Shown in pieces: positions 49,201-61,899 of a stretch of 61,899 nucleotides of DNA (within the stretch, counting starts at the first letter, position 1; every line of letters begins with the position of its first letter). The stretch is taken from assembly GCA_048213135.1 (NCBI GenBank), contig PS015047.1, positions 36,165 through 98,063 of the forward strand. The letters run 5' to 3'. A program made the position numbers and the translations under genes. Under the pieces are notes generated by a model. That model saw nothing but the letters and a program-made list of their open reading frames with translations. It did not search any database and was not told the origin of the DNA. This DNA comes from Reclinomonas americana ATCC 50394. Lineage: Eukaryota.

Positions 49201-49271
49201 AGCACAGGGCCATGTACCCGAAGAAGAGCGAACGCAAGTCGGTCAACATCCAGATCGTCGTCGACGAGTAA
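46266..49271 (+). CDS. ~920-aa protein with N-terminal myristoylation/palmitoylation motif, disordered Pro/Glu-rich middle and C-terminal DUF4476-like domain
   Basis: Exons 46266-46301 (MGAGCCRACCVE), 46378-48561 and 48726-49271 join in frame. The C-terminal PMHPLTFQRF..HRFTCRQVATLL..VIDPQNLNVVL resembles DUF4476 (recognised by eye only). Confidence 0.7.
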
Positions 49272-49328
49272 TGAACTTAAAGAAGAACAAAGGACAAGTC
49301 CCATTGCTTGCGATCAGTCTAAACAAAC

Positions 49329-52300
49329 ATGGAAGATGCGCTGCAACAGTTGCTCGTCACTGGAAGCAAGAGAGGCCTGTGTGCTGTCACACACTCTCTT
49401 TCTCTCTCTCACACTCACTCACTCTCTCACACACACACAGAGAGTCAAGTTCCGAGCTTACTGGAGGCCGTCTGGGCTGCAGCTCGCAGTGAAGGCGACA
49501 CATGGCATCGCCTGTTGCTGTTAATGTGTGAGAAGGTGAGCAATAAGCTCACTGACTGTGAGAGAAAGAGACACTGATCTCTCTCAGTTCCTCCGAGAAT
49601 CGAAACGAGTGCGACGACTGTTGCTGGTGAGAGCCCTGCAGGCACTCGATCACATGCTGTCCTCTGTCAGTGGAGACAGGTTGGTGCCTCTCTCTGTCTC
49701 TCACACTCTCACAATCAAAGAAGGCCCTCATCTGACACAACTGAGCAACAGCAGTCAGTGTTGTTGGATGCAATCGACCATGCAATCAGTGCTCACCTCG
49801 TCTTCTGTGGACAACACTCGTGCGTGCATGGTGGTTGCGTTGACTGCGGGCGAGTGTGCGCGACTGGTGTGCCTCCATCATCAACAAGGGGAGGAGACTG
49901 CACCAGTGGCAGCAGCAGCAGCAGCAGTGCAGAGTGTGCTGACTGTGTTCATGTCACTGGTGCCATCGCTCGTCCACTGTGCGACACGACACAGGTACTT
50001 CCATGCAGTTGATCGTGTTCTTTTTTCGAGTTGTTGTGGTTGGTCATACTGTGTTGACGCGACAGTGTGCTTGTGTCGGCTGAGCGACAGCCGACGCGAG
50101 TGTCGGTGGAGGCACTGGATGCTGTGTGGTGGATGGTGTATGCGGCGTCGTGTGATGCTGCTGCTGCGTCGCGTGTGTGGCAGTGGGCGTCGTCGCTGCG
50201 TGCGGCACTCGGCGTGCTGCAGGAGGTTGCGTGCAGAGGCCGTGTTGGTGAGCTCGCTGGTGGCTGATGTTGTGTGTGNNNNNNNNNNNNNNNNNNNNCC
50301 CCCACGCACCAGCCTGCCACTCGTGACGATTGTCGCGCTCCGCCAGGCCATCCGCCTCCGCCCTTTGCTGCAACCGCACCACCGTATCACACGACTCCAC
50401 CACGCCCTGCAAGCCGCGGAGAAACNNNNNNNNNNNNNNNNNNNNGGAAAGAAGAAGGAAGAGAGTGTGTGCTTATTGGTGGCGTCCTCACACTTGTGCA
50501 GCCGTGGAGGAGGCACAGCAGTGGTTTGCGTCTCGCATGCGTCTGTTTAGCTTGTGCTTGGTGGAGAATGCGGCGTCGGTGCGACCGCTGCGTGGCACGA
50601 GTCGCGAGTATGTGGGCTCGTTGATTGTGTCAGTGTCTGTTGCGTGGCGGGTCAAAGTTCGTGCATTGCCTTCTCTCTCTCATACTTCGTTGTCGGAGGC
50701 AGGCGCGACTCGAGGACGATATTGAGGGCGAGTCGGAAGACTCGTCGGCCGGCATTCAAGAGGAAATTGTGTGCCTGCTCACATGCGTCTGCCTGGTGTT
50801 GGGTGCTGTCGGACAGGCCACGGCGACTGCCATGCTGCAAGAGGATGGTCAGATGCAACAGGCTCTACTGCAGCTGCTGCCTGGCTTGGTGCGTGCGCGT
50901 CGTGTGCCAGCCTGTTCTCACCTTGCACTCACCCCTCGCGCCCGTTAGATGACACACGGCAACGACGCGGTGGTGGATGTGGCCTCGCAGTTGCTGCACG
51001 CCGCGCTGCCGTCGTTTGATCGTGCAGCACGCGAGTTCATGGTGCAGCAGTTGCTGGAGACGCTGGATGAGAAGGACAAGGCGTCGCGCATGGCGTCTGT
51101 GTTCCTCGCCGAGTATGCCGTCCTGTTTCGTGGCCAGCCATGTTACCTTTTCTTGCACAGCCTTCGTCTCACTCGCCACACGCAGAGACAAGGACCTGGT
51201 GCTGCCGGCGGTGTTTGCCCGCCTGGACTCTGACAAGCCGCAAGTCCGCCGCAACGCGTTGTCGGTCGTGGAACGGCTGTGTGACCTCAACGTGCATGTG
51301 CTGCAGGACGATGCAGAGCTGAGGTTTGATTGCAGGGACACTTCCCTCCGCTTCCTCACGCGTCTCACCGCACTCTGCCGCCGCACAGCAATCGCTTGTG
51401 TGACCTGCTCGTTCGCCGACTGAGCGACGAGGACCTGTCGTCGCGAACCGCCACGTCGCGGGTGTTTTCCGTGGTTGGTGAGTGGACCATCATCATCGTT
51501 GACGAGAAGCGTGTGTGCTCACGCCTTCCTCTTTGCGGTGCCGTAGAGCCCGAACGCAGTCTGCCACCAGTGACGCGCGCACTGACAGCGCGCGATGAGC
51601 GAACACGTGCGGCGGCCGAGCGAGCGTTTGTGGCGATCATGTCGAGCAATCCGTACACGGATCAGGCGATCAGCACACTGCTGGAGGTCTTGAGGTTGGT
51701 ATCCAGCTCTGTGGACTTCCTTCGTGTTGCAGCGGGGTCACTCATTCCTTCTTGACAGCGCTGATGCCACCGTCTCCACCGTCTCCAGTGGAACGGAGGC
51801 ACCTCGCTCACCAGCGCAGATTGGCAAGAATCCGACGGCGGCGGCAACGAGTGTGGCTGCCGAAATCACACCGTCGCAGCGACTGCTGGAGCGCGTAGTG
51901 CGTCTCACGGATCAGTGGATTGGCAAGGTACGCTTCATGAACTTGTGGCACGTTTCCTTCTCGCCGCCTTGGCTGACTAGTGCGGTGCAGATGGATCCTG
52001 CGACACTGAACGCGGTGGCGGTGGAGACGTGTCGAGTGATTCTGTCGCGCCCGAACCACCCCGCCGCTGTCTCCTTCCTGTCGAGTGCCTCGTCACATCT
52101 GTTCCCACGCACATTGGCGCACGTACTCCCGCTGCTGGTCGGCCACATGGCGCGCGAGAAACCGTACGTGCGGTTGGGAGAGGGGGGAAACGGAGGCTTT
52201 GCTGTCTGACGACGTAGTGTGTGCAGTGTGACCGAATCCTATGTGGCGTCGCTCCGTGCTCTTGACGAGGACGACTTTCATCGTGTGTTCACGTTTGCTC

Positions 52301-53743
52301 GGCTCAGTCCGTTGCTGGTGTTGCGGTCGTTGCCAGTGAGCGCCCTGCGTGACCCGCTGCTCGCGGCACAGTGTGAGGAAGATCTTGTGCGACTTGCTGG
52401 TAAGTTCGTGGACCTTGAATGCCTGTGCTCTTGCTCATTAATCTGGTGTACAGCGTGTCTGCGTGAGCGCATGCACAACATCCTCGAGGGTCGCGAGGTG
52501 CGGAAGCTGGCTGCTGAGGGTCTCGCCCGATTGCCAGCTGCCTTGGTGCTCGATCAGGTCTTGCAATTCATCGAGGTGCGTGAACCCAACAAGTTTCGCG
52601 ACTCGATACTTCTCTTGTCCTCACTTTGCATGACACACAAAGGAGACGAGCGCTGAATCCGATCTGGAACTCGTCAAGTTGCACCTGTATGTGGCGTGTT
52701 GCATGCTCAACTATCATCAGTCGCTATGTGGCGACGGAGGCGAGCAGGAGACCACTGCACAGCGTCGACTCGTGCATGCACTGATCCGCCTGCTCGACCT
52801 CCCGCGTGTCAGTTGCGAGAAGGTATCATGTGCACTTTTGTGCCAACGCATCTAACACACCGTGTTTGCAGGCGAGCAAGTGGAGAATCTGCATCGTGGT
52901 GTCATTGACTGCCTGTCGTTGGTTGCCGCTGTCCAGTTGGATAGCCTAAAGAATCCAGTCGTCTTGGAGCCGCCGCCGCCGCCGAGGGAGGAGGAGAGCC
53001 ATCGCCCGGTTATTGAAGGTGCTTTTTCACGACATATTTCCTTTATTTCCTTCCCGCCTGAGACTCTCGCGCTGCAGAAATCGAGACCCCTATGCCCACA
53101 CAATCGGCATCCTCCTCATCGTGGCTGTTGGAGGAACTGCTCTCCTCCATCACGACGTCGGCAAGCTCGCCGTGGTCATCGTATGCCTTGCCAGTGGTCG
53201 CCGCACTGCTCCCGCGCGTGTCCCTCGCTACGGCACTGAAACTCTTCTCTCGCCTGCACTCGACGCTTGTCGATCTGAGCGCAAACACACATACAGCGGT
53301 GCCACTCCGCATCGCTGCACTGAACGTTGCGTGGCTTAACCCCGCTCGTGTCTCTGTGTGGCGTCTCACTCTGCGCCTCTCGTGCAGACCCTCTTCCACT
53401 TTATCATGCGCGTCAAGGAGAGCGCGTACGCCTCTGCTGTCGCCCTTCTCACCGTCGCCGTGGACTGCACACAAGACCCGCAAGCAGAGGCAAGCATCAC
53501 CTGCATTATCCAACTTCATACACGCTATCCTTTCTCACCTTTTCCTATTTCCAGGTCCGCATGGCTGCCGTAAAACTCATCGGCAGCATCATTGGCACAT
53601 GCGTCAATGCTCTGGAACGCACACCGGCACTAGTAGAGCGCACTCAGCGCACTCTACAGTCGCTGGCGCAAGCCGACGAGTCGCGTGCAGTTCGCAGCTT
53701 AGCCGAGAGCCTGTCCTCTGCCGTGTCCTCTCATTCTTCATGA
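49329..53743 (+). CDS. HEAT/ARM-repeat protein, many exons
   Basis: HEAT-like segments VFARLDSDKPQVRRNALSVV, LVRRLSDEDLSSRTATSRVF, ALTARDERTRAAAERAF, EVRKLAAEGLARL and VRMAAVKLIGSII; TGA at 53741-53743. Confidence 0.72.
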
Positions 53744-54005
53744 ACGACTCGGTTGGTTCATTTTTCTTCATTGCATCGTGTGGAGAGGAGGAGAAGACAG
53801 AGCAGTGGTGTGTGTGTGTGTGTGTGTGTGTGCATTTCCTCTTTGTGTTTGTCCGAGTGTGTCTGTGTCTGTGTCTCTGTCTCCCTGAATGAGTGCTGCT
53901 TCGGAGCACTCTGCGCTGCTTGCCTTTGCGCGCTCGTGCTTTTCCGAGTGGTCACTGCAAGAAGTGTGCGACTCCAATGCCTTTCCCTGTGACAAGACAC
54001 TGTTC

Positions 54006-56742
54006 ATGTCATTGGTGGCCGACTTGGTGAGTGTGAGTGTGTGTGAGTGAGAGAGAGAGAGAAAGGGCACTTTTGTGTGAGGTTCAAGTGGGCAATTGCG
54101 GGAAATCGTGACTCATCACTTCGTGTTCGGAAATGTTTGTCCGCAGCGTCGGTGTGAGGAGGCGGCGAGTCGGATCGACGAGGTGGCGGAGCGAGGACGA
54201 GGGTACGTGCGCGTGTTCATAAGGAGCAATTGTTGTTTCTCACAAGCGTCATGGGTTGCAGGTTGCGCGAGGGAGCCAATTTTCAGCTGCTGTCCAAGCC
54301 GGCGCAGAGCCGACGACTGTTGCCGCTGACGATTGAGGAGATTTGGGTGCGCTGCGAGTCGCTGGATGGCGCAACATCGGTGTTGCGCGACATGGCGGAG
54401 GAGGCGTTCTCGGAGGCTGTGGTTCGGTCGCGTGGTGCACTCGGACTGGCCACCAATCGGCGCAGCGGGCAACGACACTCGCGCCGCCTGCGCCAGGAGA
54501 AGAGTGCAGCACATTTGCGGCGACCCTCCAAGCTGCAAGACTCGGTGGTGTATTCAAGGAACACGGTCCATCAGGCCCTCGTGCTGTGTGCGTTTCTCGG
54601 CTTGCTGCAGCATCAGCTGTTCGAGCGACTGTTGGCCGTGGCGAGTCGCTCAGGTCTGCGGAAGCACGCTGTCCTCTCTCTCTCTCTGTGTGTATCACCT
54701 CCCTCACTTGTTGCGAACAGCAGGCCCCACATTGGCGACGGCAGTCAAGCGCCTGGACAAGCACCTGCACAATGCGTGCGTTCTGCTGCCCTCCCGCCGT
54801 TTCTCTCGTGGGTGTTTTTGGGTCATCTGACTTGTGCGCAGACTGCTGCGTGCTCTCGATGGTGCCTCGTCAATGGCAGTGCCGACGTCGGTGTGCATCG
54901 CCAGCTTCCTGGAGGGCGTGGTGTATCCGCCCGGCACCGTGCGATCGCCCAAGAGTGCAGTCGCAGACGCCGCTGGTCTGCCGCCACCCGACGCTCAAGT
55001 ATTGCGTGCCGTCTCGTCCGAGTTGCACGCGCACTTGACCAAGCTGGCGGCCGCTGCATGGCCGCAGGTGTGCATGTAAGCAAAGATGTTCACAGCTGTG
55101 CTCTATGGTTGACCGCTCTCCATCATGCAGATCCGCGACAACCTGCCGAGGCTGGCGGCGTTCGCCGAGCAGCAGGGTTACTTTTCTCCCACCTCCAGCG
55201 TGCCGCGGTTTCCCGGTCGCAAGTTGCGCAGGCTGGGCGGGTGAGAATTGTGTACTCTTTGAAACTCATACGTGTCACGCAGGAGAGCCAGTGCAGTGGA
55301 ACGAGGCTTTCTGCTCGTTCTCGGAACACTTGTGGGCAACGGTGGCTTTCTCGGTTTGTCAGAGGCTTGGGTTCTCTCACTCACGCCTCCACTTCTTTTC
55401 TCACCAGTTCGTGGCACAGATCTCGTGCATCGCTGCGAGGATGCGCATGCAGTTGAACGGGTGCTTGTCTCGCTGCGCCAGTGGGATCGACGGCTGTGCA
55501 TTCCCATGGTTGGCGACTCGTCGTGCTTAATATCCATTGTGACTTGCTGCTGACTTTTTGCTGGTGCACCGCTGCAGCTCCACCAGTTCTCCCAATTGTG
55601 TGCGTCGCATCTGGACCGCGTCTTCCGCCCCAATCCGGTCACCGAGGCGCTGGAGATCGACGTGGCCATGTTGCCTCTCGACGTGGTCGTTGTGCTGCTG
55701 ACGGTGCAGTTGGACGCGTGTGGCGCCGTGTGCATGGAGTTGCGTGCGTGGGGCGGCAACGGAAGTGGTCAATTAACGCTGACTTGTCATCTGTCTCTGG
55801 CAGTGGTGACGCTGTGGAGCAACCGCCAGTGTCGCCCTGGGATTCCGAGAGGGTGGAGGAGATGGAGGCTGAATGCAGTGAGAATGTGGCGCCGGAGGGC
55901 GTGTTTGCCGGCAGCTCTCGGCGAAGGTGAGGACCGCTGCCTTCCAAAGCACTCTTACATCCTGCCTCACTACCCATCAGAGTGCGCCCTGCGCAACCAG
56001 TTGACGCGGACATGGAACCGCCGGAGTCCAAGCGTCGACGAGTGGGCGAATTGGTCTCCGTGTGCGAAGCCACTGTCTGTGAAGGCCCACCACAACCCAT
56101 GGCCCGGTCGCCGCCGCCACCACCACCTCCGCCACCACCCATACCGAGTCCGCGAATGGCGACACAAAGCCGCGTGGTGCTGCTGGAGGTGTGTCTTTCA
56201 CTCCTGCATTGTCTTTCGTTGCCCGACGCTGACGCCTGCTGTGGTGCATGCAGGGCCCGAGTGCCAACTCGGCGCTGGTGAGCACAGTGCAAGTGGGCGA
56301 GTGGGAGAATGGTGCTTCCTCGGGTGCGCTGGTTGCCCCCGTCGATGAGGCAGCCGCACCGTCGCACCGTCGCTGGCAGGTGTGTGCGGCCACATGATTG
56401 TTGCCTCGCACTGAAGGCTCACGTCTCCTGCTCCAGCTTCTGTGCACGTTGTCGAGCACACTGGACTGCGGCGTCACTGTCGACGGAGTGCACGTCACGT
56501 ACCAGTTTCCAGGCGCAGATCCGTGCTCGATCACGCTGCCGGTGCGAGTGGCACTTGACTGCGGTCACCGATCTGCTGCGCAGGCTTGTCGTTTCTCGCA
56601 AATCAATGTCAATGGCAGCTCCGATGGGCTGACAATCATCATTCTGCACACAGGTCGACTACAGCACACTGGTGAATGGAGCCGGCACACCACGCGTTAC
56701 TTGCACGTGGCAGTGGCGGTTGGAAGAAGAACAGTGAACTGA
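54006..56742 (+). CDS. Hypothetical multi-exon protein
   Basis: ATG exon MSLVADL|GTGAG followed by a series of GT-AG-bounded coding exons. The last exon LLCTLSSTLDCG..GRRTVN ends in TGA at 56740-56742. No domain was recognised. Confidence 0.5.
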
Positions 56743-56762
56743 AAAAATATAGCACAAACAAT

Positions 56763-59700
56763 TCACTTTTTGGGACCCTTCTTTCCACCAGCGGGTGCAC
56801 CCTTCTTGCCGCCCTTGGGGTTCGGGTCGATTTTTGGTGCCGCCGACCCAACAATGGTGTCACTGCGCAGAGGGGAAACAATGAGAATGCCGAAGAGAGA
56901 AGGAACATCAATCTCGGCAGATCAACGCACGCTTCCTCCTCCGCTTGCAGTCGGCCCAGTTCGTCACGGTACGTGTCATTGAACAGCGACTGATCGATGC
57001 GAGTGGTCTGGCAGAGGACCACCACGCCCTCGCACCAGCCACGCAGCCACACTTGCTGCTCTTGCAAGCGACTCGACTCTGCAAACGAGGGACGTCAGAC
57101 ATCAACCAAAGCATCGCCGTCTTTTTCGCACAGAGAGACAGACCTTGAGTGTCAAACTCGCGAATCTTCTCCGAGGTCGACGACAGGAACCGGCGGAACA
57201 CAAAGTCGCGACCACGAATCACCGACTTGTTGACAGGCGCGGCATTCGTGGAGTAGCCGCCGCCCAGCAACTCCATCGGTGGACCGCCGGATCCCTCTCC
57301 ACCATCTGCCGCATTCGCAGCAGCGGCAGCCGACGGACTCGCCAACATCGGCAGCGGTGCGCCAGTGAGCATGCGCGTGACGCGCAGCTCGTTGAGCGGC
57401 AGACCCAGCACCTCAATGGTGGGGAACAGCTGGCCTTCCGCGGCTGCCGCACCACCAGATCCAGCCGCCGCCGCTTGCTCGAGCAGCTTGGCGCGCAGCA
57501 GACCCTTGATGTTCTTGTGCTTTCCGGCAACAATGTTGTCGCCCGGAACAANNNNNNNNNNNNNNNNNNNNNNNNNNNNNNNNNNNNNNNNNNNNNNNNN
57601 NNNNNNNNNNNNNNNNNNNNNNNNNNNNNNNNNNNNNNNNNNNNNNNNNNNNNNNNNNNNNNNNNNNNNNNNNNNNNNNNNNNNNNNNNNNNNNNNNNNN
57701 NNNNNNNNNNNNNNNNNNNNNNNNNNNNTATCGTGGTGAGAAGTCACACGGCGCACACTGTAGCCACACGACAACCGCACCTGACGAATTTCACGATTGG
57801 CCGTGTCGCGATGATTGTCGGCAAACTTGATGAGAGACATGGCGATCTCGGCCTGAATGTGGGCCAACGTCTCATTCGCATCACCCTTGATGGTGTGCGG
57901 TCGCACAATGGGCCGGTTGCCCAACTTGGCAAAGTACTCGGTCACCAGTGGCTTCACAGCATCCATGAAGGCCGCATGCACTTGATCGCGCAGTGTGTCA
58001 ATCGGAACGCTGTGTTCGGCAACCGCCGATCAGGACTGACAAAAAGAGAGCGACAAAAACACGGACGCAACATGTCGAATTCCACAGGCTCGTCGAACGG
58101 AATGCTCAGCGAATCGACGGCCGGATTGTGCACGGCATATTGCACGTCACCGGGCACCTTGATGGCCGGCACTTCATGCTGGAGGACGCACAAAAAAACT
58201 AAGGGGAACGAGAAGGCAGAAAAAGGGAGCATAGGAGACATCGCCCACACCTGCAGCATGCGTACAAAACGACATCGCTGATGCATTTCCAGGCGAGCCT
58301 TGTCGGCCACTTGCAGCAAGTAATTGCCGGCCGGCGTCTGCCATCACAAACGAACGGTGTGAGTACACACACTCTCCCCTTCCTTCACCTTCACCTTCGC
58401 AATCACCTTGCCAACAGTGGTACGCGTTCGTTGCGCCACATACTCGGCGAGATCGTCGGCGCTGGACTTGGCGGCCTCGCACGCACCATCGAGCTCCGCA
58501 ATCCAGTCGGCAATCGCACGCAAGCGTTCCGAGTTGACCGACGTCTGCACTCGCAGCTCGTTCATCTTGGCCGAGAACGCCTCCTGCACCTTCTCGCAGA
58601 ACGCCACGTCGGCGGCGTGCATGGTGTACTTGTCGGCGACCAGTCGTGACAGGCTTTCCTTGTCGGCGCGGATCTTGGTGACGGTGGTCTCCAGTTGCGT
58701 ACGCAGCTGCTGCGCGAGTGTCTCGGCCTCAGCGCGCAGTTCGGCCAACATGGCCAGGAACTCTTCTCGCTCGGAGGGGTGGAAGTCGCCACCTGTCTCA
58801 AAGTGTTGCCAGGACTGCAGCGAGGAGGTGAGTGACGAGAAGGGGAGGGGAGGGGAGCGAGAGGAAAAGGGGACTCACATCTGCGACTTGTTGATTGTTG
58901 CGATCCACCAGTGCCAACAACCCCTCAACGTCCTTCCTGACGCGAGCCTCCTGATCGTTCAGCAGCACATCGTGGGCACGAATGTTTTCGGCCACGTCGC
59001 GGTTCGCCGCCTCCAGCGAGGGTATGCGCTGTGTTTTTCAGAGGCGCAAGTTGCGTGTGAGTGTAAGACGGCGGTCAAAGCTCTCGTGCAAAAGAACATA
59101 CACACCTCCGCGCTACCAAACGCTCCATACAGCGCCTGCACCTGTGCGCGGTGATCGTCGAACGCCGACTGAATCTCCTGCACCAGGTTCTGCACCGCCG
59201 ACGCCGACCGCTGGGTGACGGCCGACGTGGAATTGGCGTGACGCTGCAGGCGCGCGCGGTGGCTGGCAAGCCCGCGCACGCGCTGCGTGAGAGCCGAGGC
59301 CGCCATTGACGGGCGCGGAGCGTGCATACGCAGGCGCTTCTCCAGCAGGGAGTCCGCATTGTCCTAAAGAGAGAAGTGAGAATGCATCGCGGCCATGCTT
59401 CAGAATGAGGGGTACGCACAATCTCCTCGCGCATGAACGACTCGGCAGTGGCTGTCTCGCGTCGCTTGGTCTCCACCAAAAAGTCAATGAGCTCCACGCG
59501 CCACTTTTCGCGCAGCTGTCGCAACCGTTCGTACTTGATCACCAGAAGCTGCGACAAGGCGGCCGAGTCAGCAATTGTACAAAGCATTCGGCATGCGCGC
59601 GTACAACGCACCACGGTGCTGTGCGAAATGTGCTTCGCCTCCTCCGCTGCTCTCTGCACCTGCTCGGCAGCCAGACGCTCTCTCTCCCTCTCCTCTGGCG

Positions 59701-61734
59701 TCGGCTCTGGTGGTGGCGGTGGCGGCGGTGGATCCTTTGCGCCCTTGCCAGCCGGAGCTGGTGGCGGTGAGGCGGGTGGCGGTGAGGCAGCAGCTGGTGG
59801 CTGTGGTGGTGGCGGCGGTTCGGGGGCCGGCTCGAATGAGCCATCGTCGCGAGGCGGAGCCGTAATGTAGTTCAGCATCCACGACAGATTCTGTGCGCAC
59901 GCGCGTTGATAGTGAGAAACGGCGTGGCTTTGCATCATGGTAATGCACAAACCGGCGCAGGAGTCGCCGAGGCCCATCGGACCTCGCCAGCCGTGAAGAC
60001 CACCATGTCGGCCAGTGGATCTGGCATGGGTGGTGCATCCACGTGAGCCGAGGCCGCAGCGGAGCTCGCCGGTCTGCAAGAAGAAAAGAGAGAGAGAGAG
60101 AGATGAGTGTGCAGAAGGACGGGGAAGGAGAGGTCGACGACCAGCGCAACTTGGCCGCCTTTCCCGCCTTCCCTGCCGATGCAGCTGCCTTGCCACCCTT
60201 TGCGGGGGCCGCTCCACGTGCCTCCTCTTGCTCGCTCTCCAGTCTGGCCTGCCACTCGGCAGCAAACCTGGCATTCCATCGAGTGAGAACAAGCACAACG
60301 CCAATGTGTTGCAGTGATGCCCACTCAACTTGGATCGTATCAAGTCCGCCGACTCCACCTGCATCTCCTTGATGAGCTGCTGCTCGTAGTGATCAAAGCG
60401 CCGGTTCACGTCCTGCGCGTAGTCCTTGACGCGTTGTGTGCGTTTTCGGTGATACTCGTGGTACTCTGACGGGTAGTGAGCATCACGAGTCAACACGACA
60501 CGAGAAGAAAGTCGCTCACCGGCGAGAATCTTGTCGAGCACCGCAAACACCTGTTGGAGTGCATCGTGCGCACCGGCCTCGGTCGGACTCTGCGTCATTT
60601 CACGCAGCGCCCGTTCGTGCTCGTCCTGCGTGCAAATGAGTGAGGGTGTGTTGGACTGTCGATGATACAGAGAGATGTGAGCACACCTCCAGCTCCTTCA
60701 GAATCGATTCGTCCTCGTTCAGCATCAGCCCGAGGTCGCGGCGCACCATGTCATCGGCCTCCTTCACAAACTGCTTCACGTGCTGCACGAAATCGTGCAC
60801 CGTGATCGTGGACGTGATGACGGCCGTGTGTGGTCTTTCCAGGTACTCGTCGTTGTACACGTGGTGCGCCTCGTCCCACAAATGCGACGCGGCGTCGCGC
60901 ACCCTCAATATGTGCTGCTTGCGATCTTCCTCCAGCTGCTGGCAAGTGGTGCGGATGCACTCGTCGAACTGCTCAACAGGCACATGAGCCACGTGCTCCA
61001 GACGCGCTTTGGTGGCGTCCTTGTCGGCGTGCAGCAGGTTCTCCATGTTGTGCTGCGCAGCCACGCAGATGAGCACATTGGCGGAGACGGAATACAGGAA
61101 AGAAACGGTCGACTGACCTCGTGCTCGTCGTAGCGACCGAGGAAATCGGCGTGGAAGGCAGCGATTTTTGCACTCGTGGTGCTGCGCAAACAAAGTCAGA
61201 GCGAGGCAAGGGGTACAGGAGGAAGTGTGCATGGCGTCGCACCGGAAGCGCTCCTCAGCCGCCTCGAGAAGGTGCTTCGAGTAGGCACTCAGCGGCGTGT
61301 TGATCAAATCCGACACCTGTACGTGCGTGCGCGCGTGAGATGAGCGTGACGCATGAAGCAGACACAAAATGACTGGCACACCACGGACCTGCTGATCGCA
61401 CAACTCCACCAACTTGTCCGTCTGCGACTCCACCTTGGCCAGCGATTGCTGGCGCACGTCGTGCTGGCGGTAGCGTTCCTCGGAAAAGTGATCGCCCAAT
61501 ACGCCTGCGAGCACAGAAGTGAGTGAGCAGCCAGAATTGTGAACAGGCACACTCGAGGGGAACGCAACGGAGTGCCTTGTCGTGGTGCACGCCACGCCAC
61601 GCCAGCTTGCGCTGCTCCCACAAGTGTCGCGTCTCGCGCTCTCGACGGGTGGCGTGCACGCGAAGGCGCGTGATAATGTCGGTGAACATTTTGCGCACCT
61701 CCACGAGTTTGAGGTTTTGTTGCAGGGCGAATTC
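56763..61734 (-). CDS. CCDC180: CCDC180/CFAP76-like axonemal coiled-coil protein (partial; continues beyond the window)
   Basis: Long coiled-coil exons (..RERETRHLWEQRKLAWR.., ..LLEKRLRMHAPRP.., ..VRPHTI.., ..GRDFVFRRF..QQVWLRGW..), with a Lys/Gly/Pro-rich tail GKKGAPAGGKKGPKK and TGA at 56765-56763. The family was assigned from remembered motifs, not from a search. Confidence 0.6.
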
Positions 61735-61829
61735 CTGAGGAAGGGAGGGGAAGGGGGAAGGGTGAGAAAGGGAAAGGGAAAAGGGGAGGGGCAGGGGGAA
61801 GGGGGAAGGGGAAAGTGGGGGAGGGAAAG

Positions 61830-61899
61830 GGGGAAGACCGAAGGGGGAAGACCGAAGGGGGAAGACCGAAGGGGGAAGACGGAAGGGGGAAGATGGAAG
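61830..61899. repeat. Intronic 14-bp purine-rich minisatellite (GGGGGAAGACCGAA)n
   Basis: Tandem units at the window end. Confidence 0.8.

Noticed and set aside
1-61899. Alternative genetic code, tRNA/rRNA/snRNA genes or prokaryotic operons
   Set aside because: TAA and TGA terminate well-supported genes and no conserved exon needs stop read-through. No RNA-gene signatures were recognised, and genes are spliceosomal throughout.

Overview
This is eukaryotic, gene-dense and intron-rich DNA with GT-AG spliceosomal introns, microsatellite-filled introns and several N gaps. It probably comes from a flagellated protist, inferred from a CCDC180-like axonemal gene occurring alongside a GARP-Myb factor, a half-size ABCA and a Highwire/MYCBP2-like ligase. 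Genes were assembled by hand from splice signals and protein motifs, so many exon boundaries are approximate. In order, the window holds: a partial + strand gene; a ~19-kb minus-strand MYCBP2/PHR-like RING-Cys-relay E3 ligase; a divergently transcribed class-3 lipase + 22 x 42-aa TPR gene; a decayed RLE-type non-LTR retrotransposon; a duplicated copy of the shared promoter carrying a TA-flanked MITE and a TPR pseudogene remnant; a small Cys-rich type-I membrane protein; a GT4 glycosyltransferase; a half-size ABCA; a GARP transcription factor; a small secreted protein; an N-acylated DUF4476-like protein; a HEAT-repeat protein; a hypothetical protein; and CCDC180-like (partial). There are three main highlights. 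(1) The catalytic segment of the E3 ligase is encoded by eight consecutive micro-exons of 4, 6, 5, 18, 19, 3, 3 and 2 nt that splice exactly into the conserved [24 protein letters not shown] motif. (2) An atypical GTTGCG 5' splice site recurs in at least 10 introns. (3) The lipase-TPR protein has a hypervariable di-residue in each repeat and looks like an immune receptor sitting in a transposon-hit, duplicated locus.
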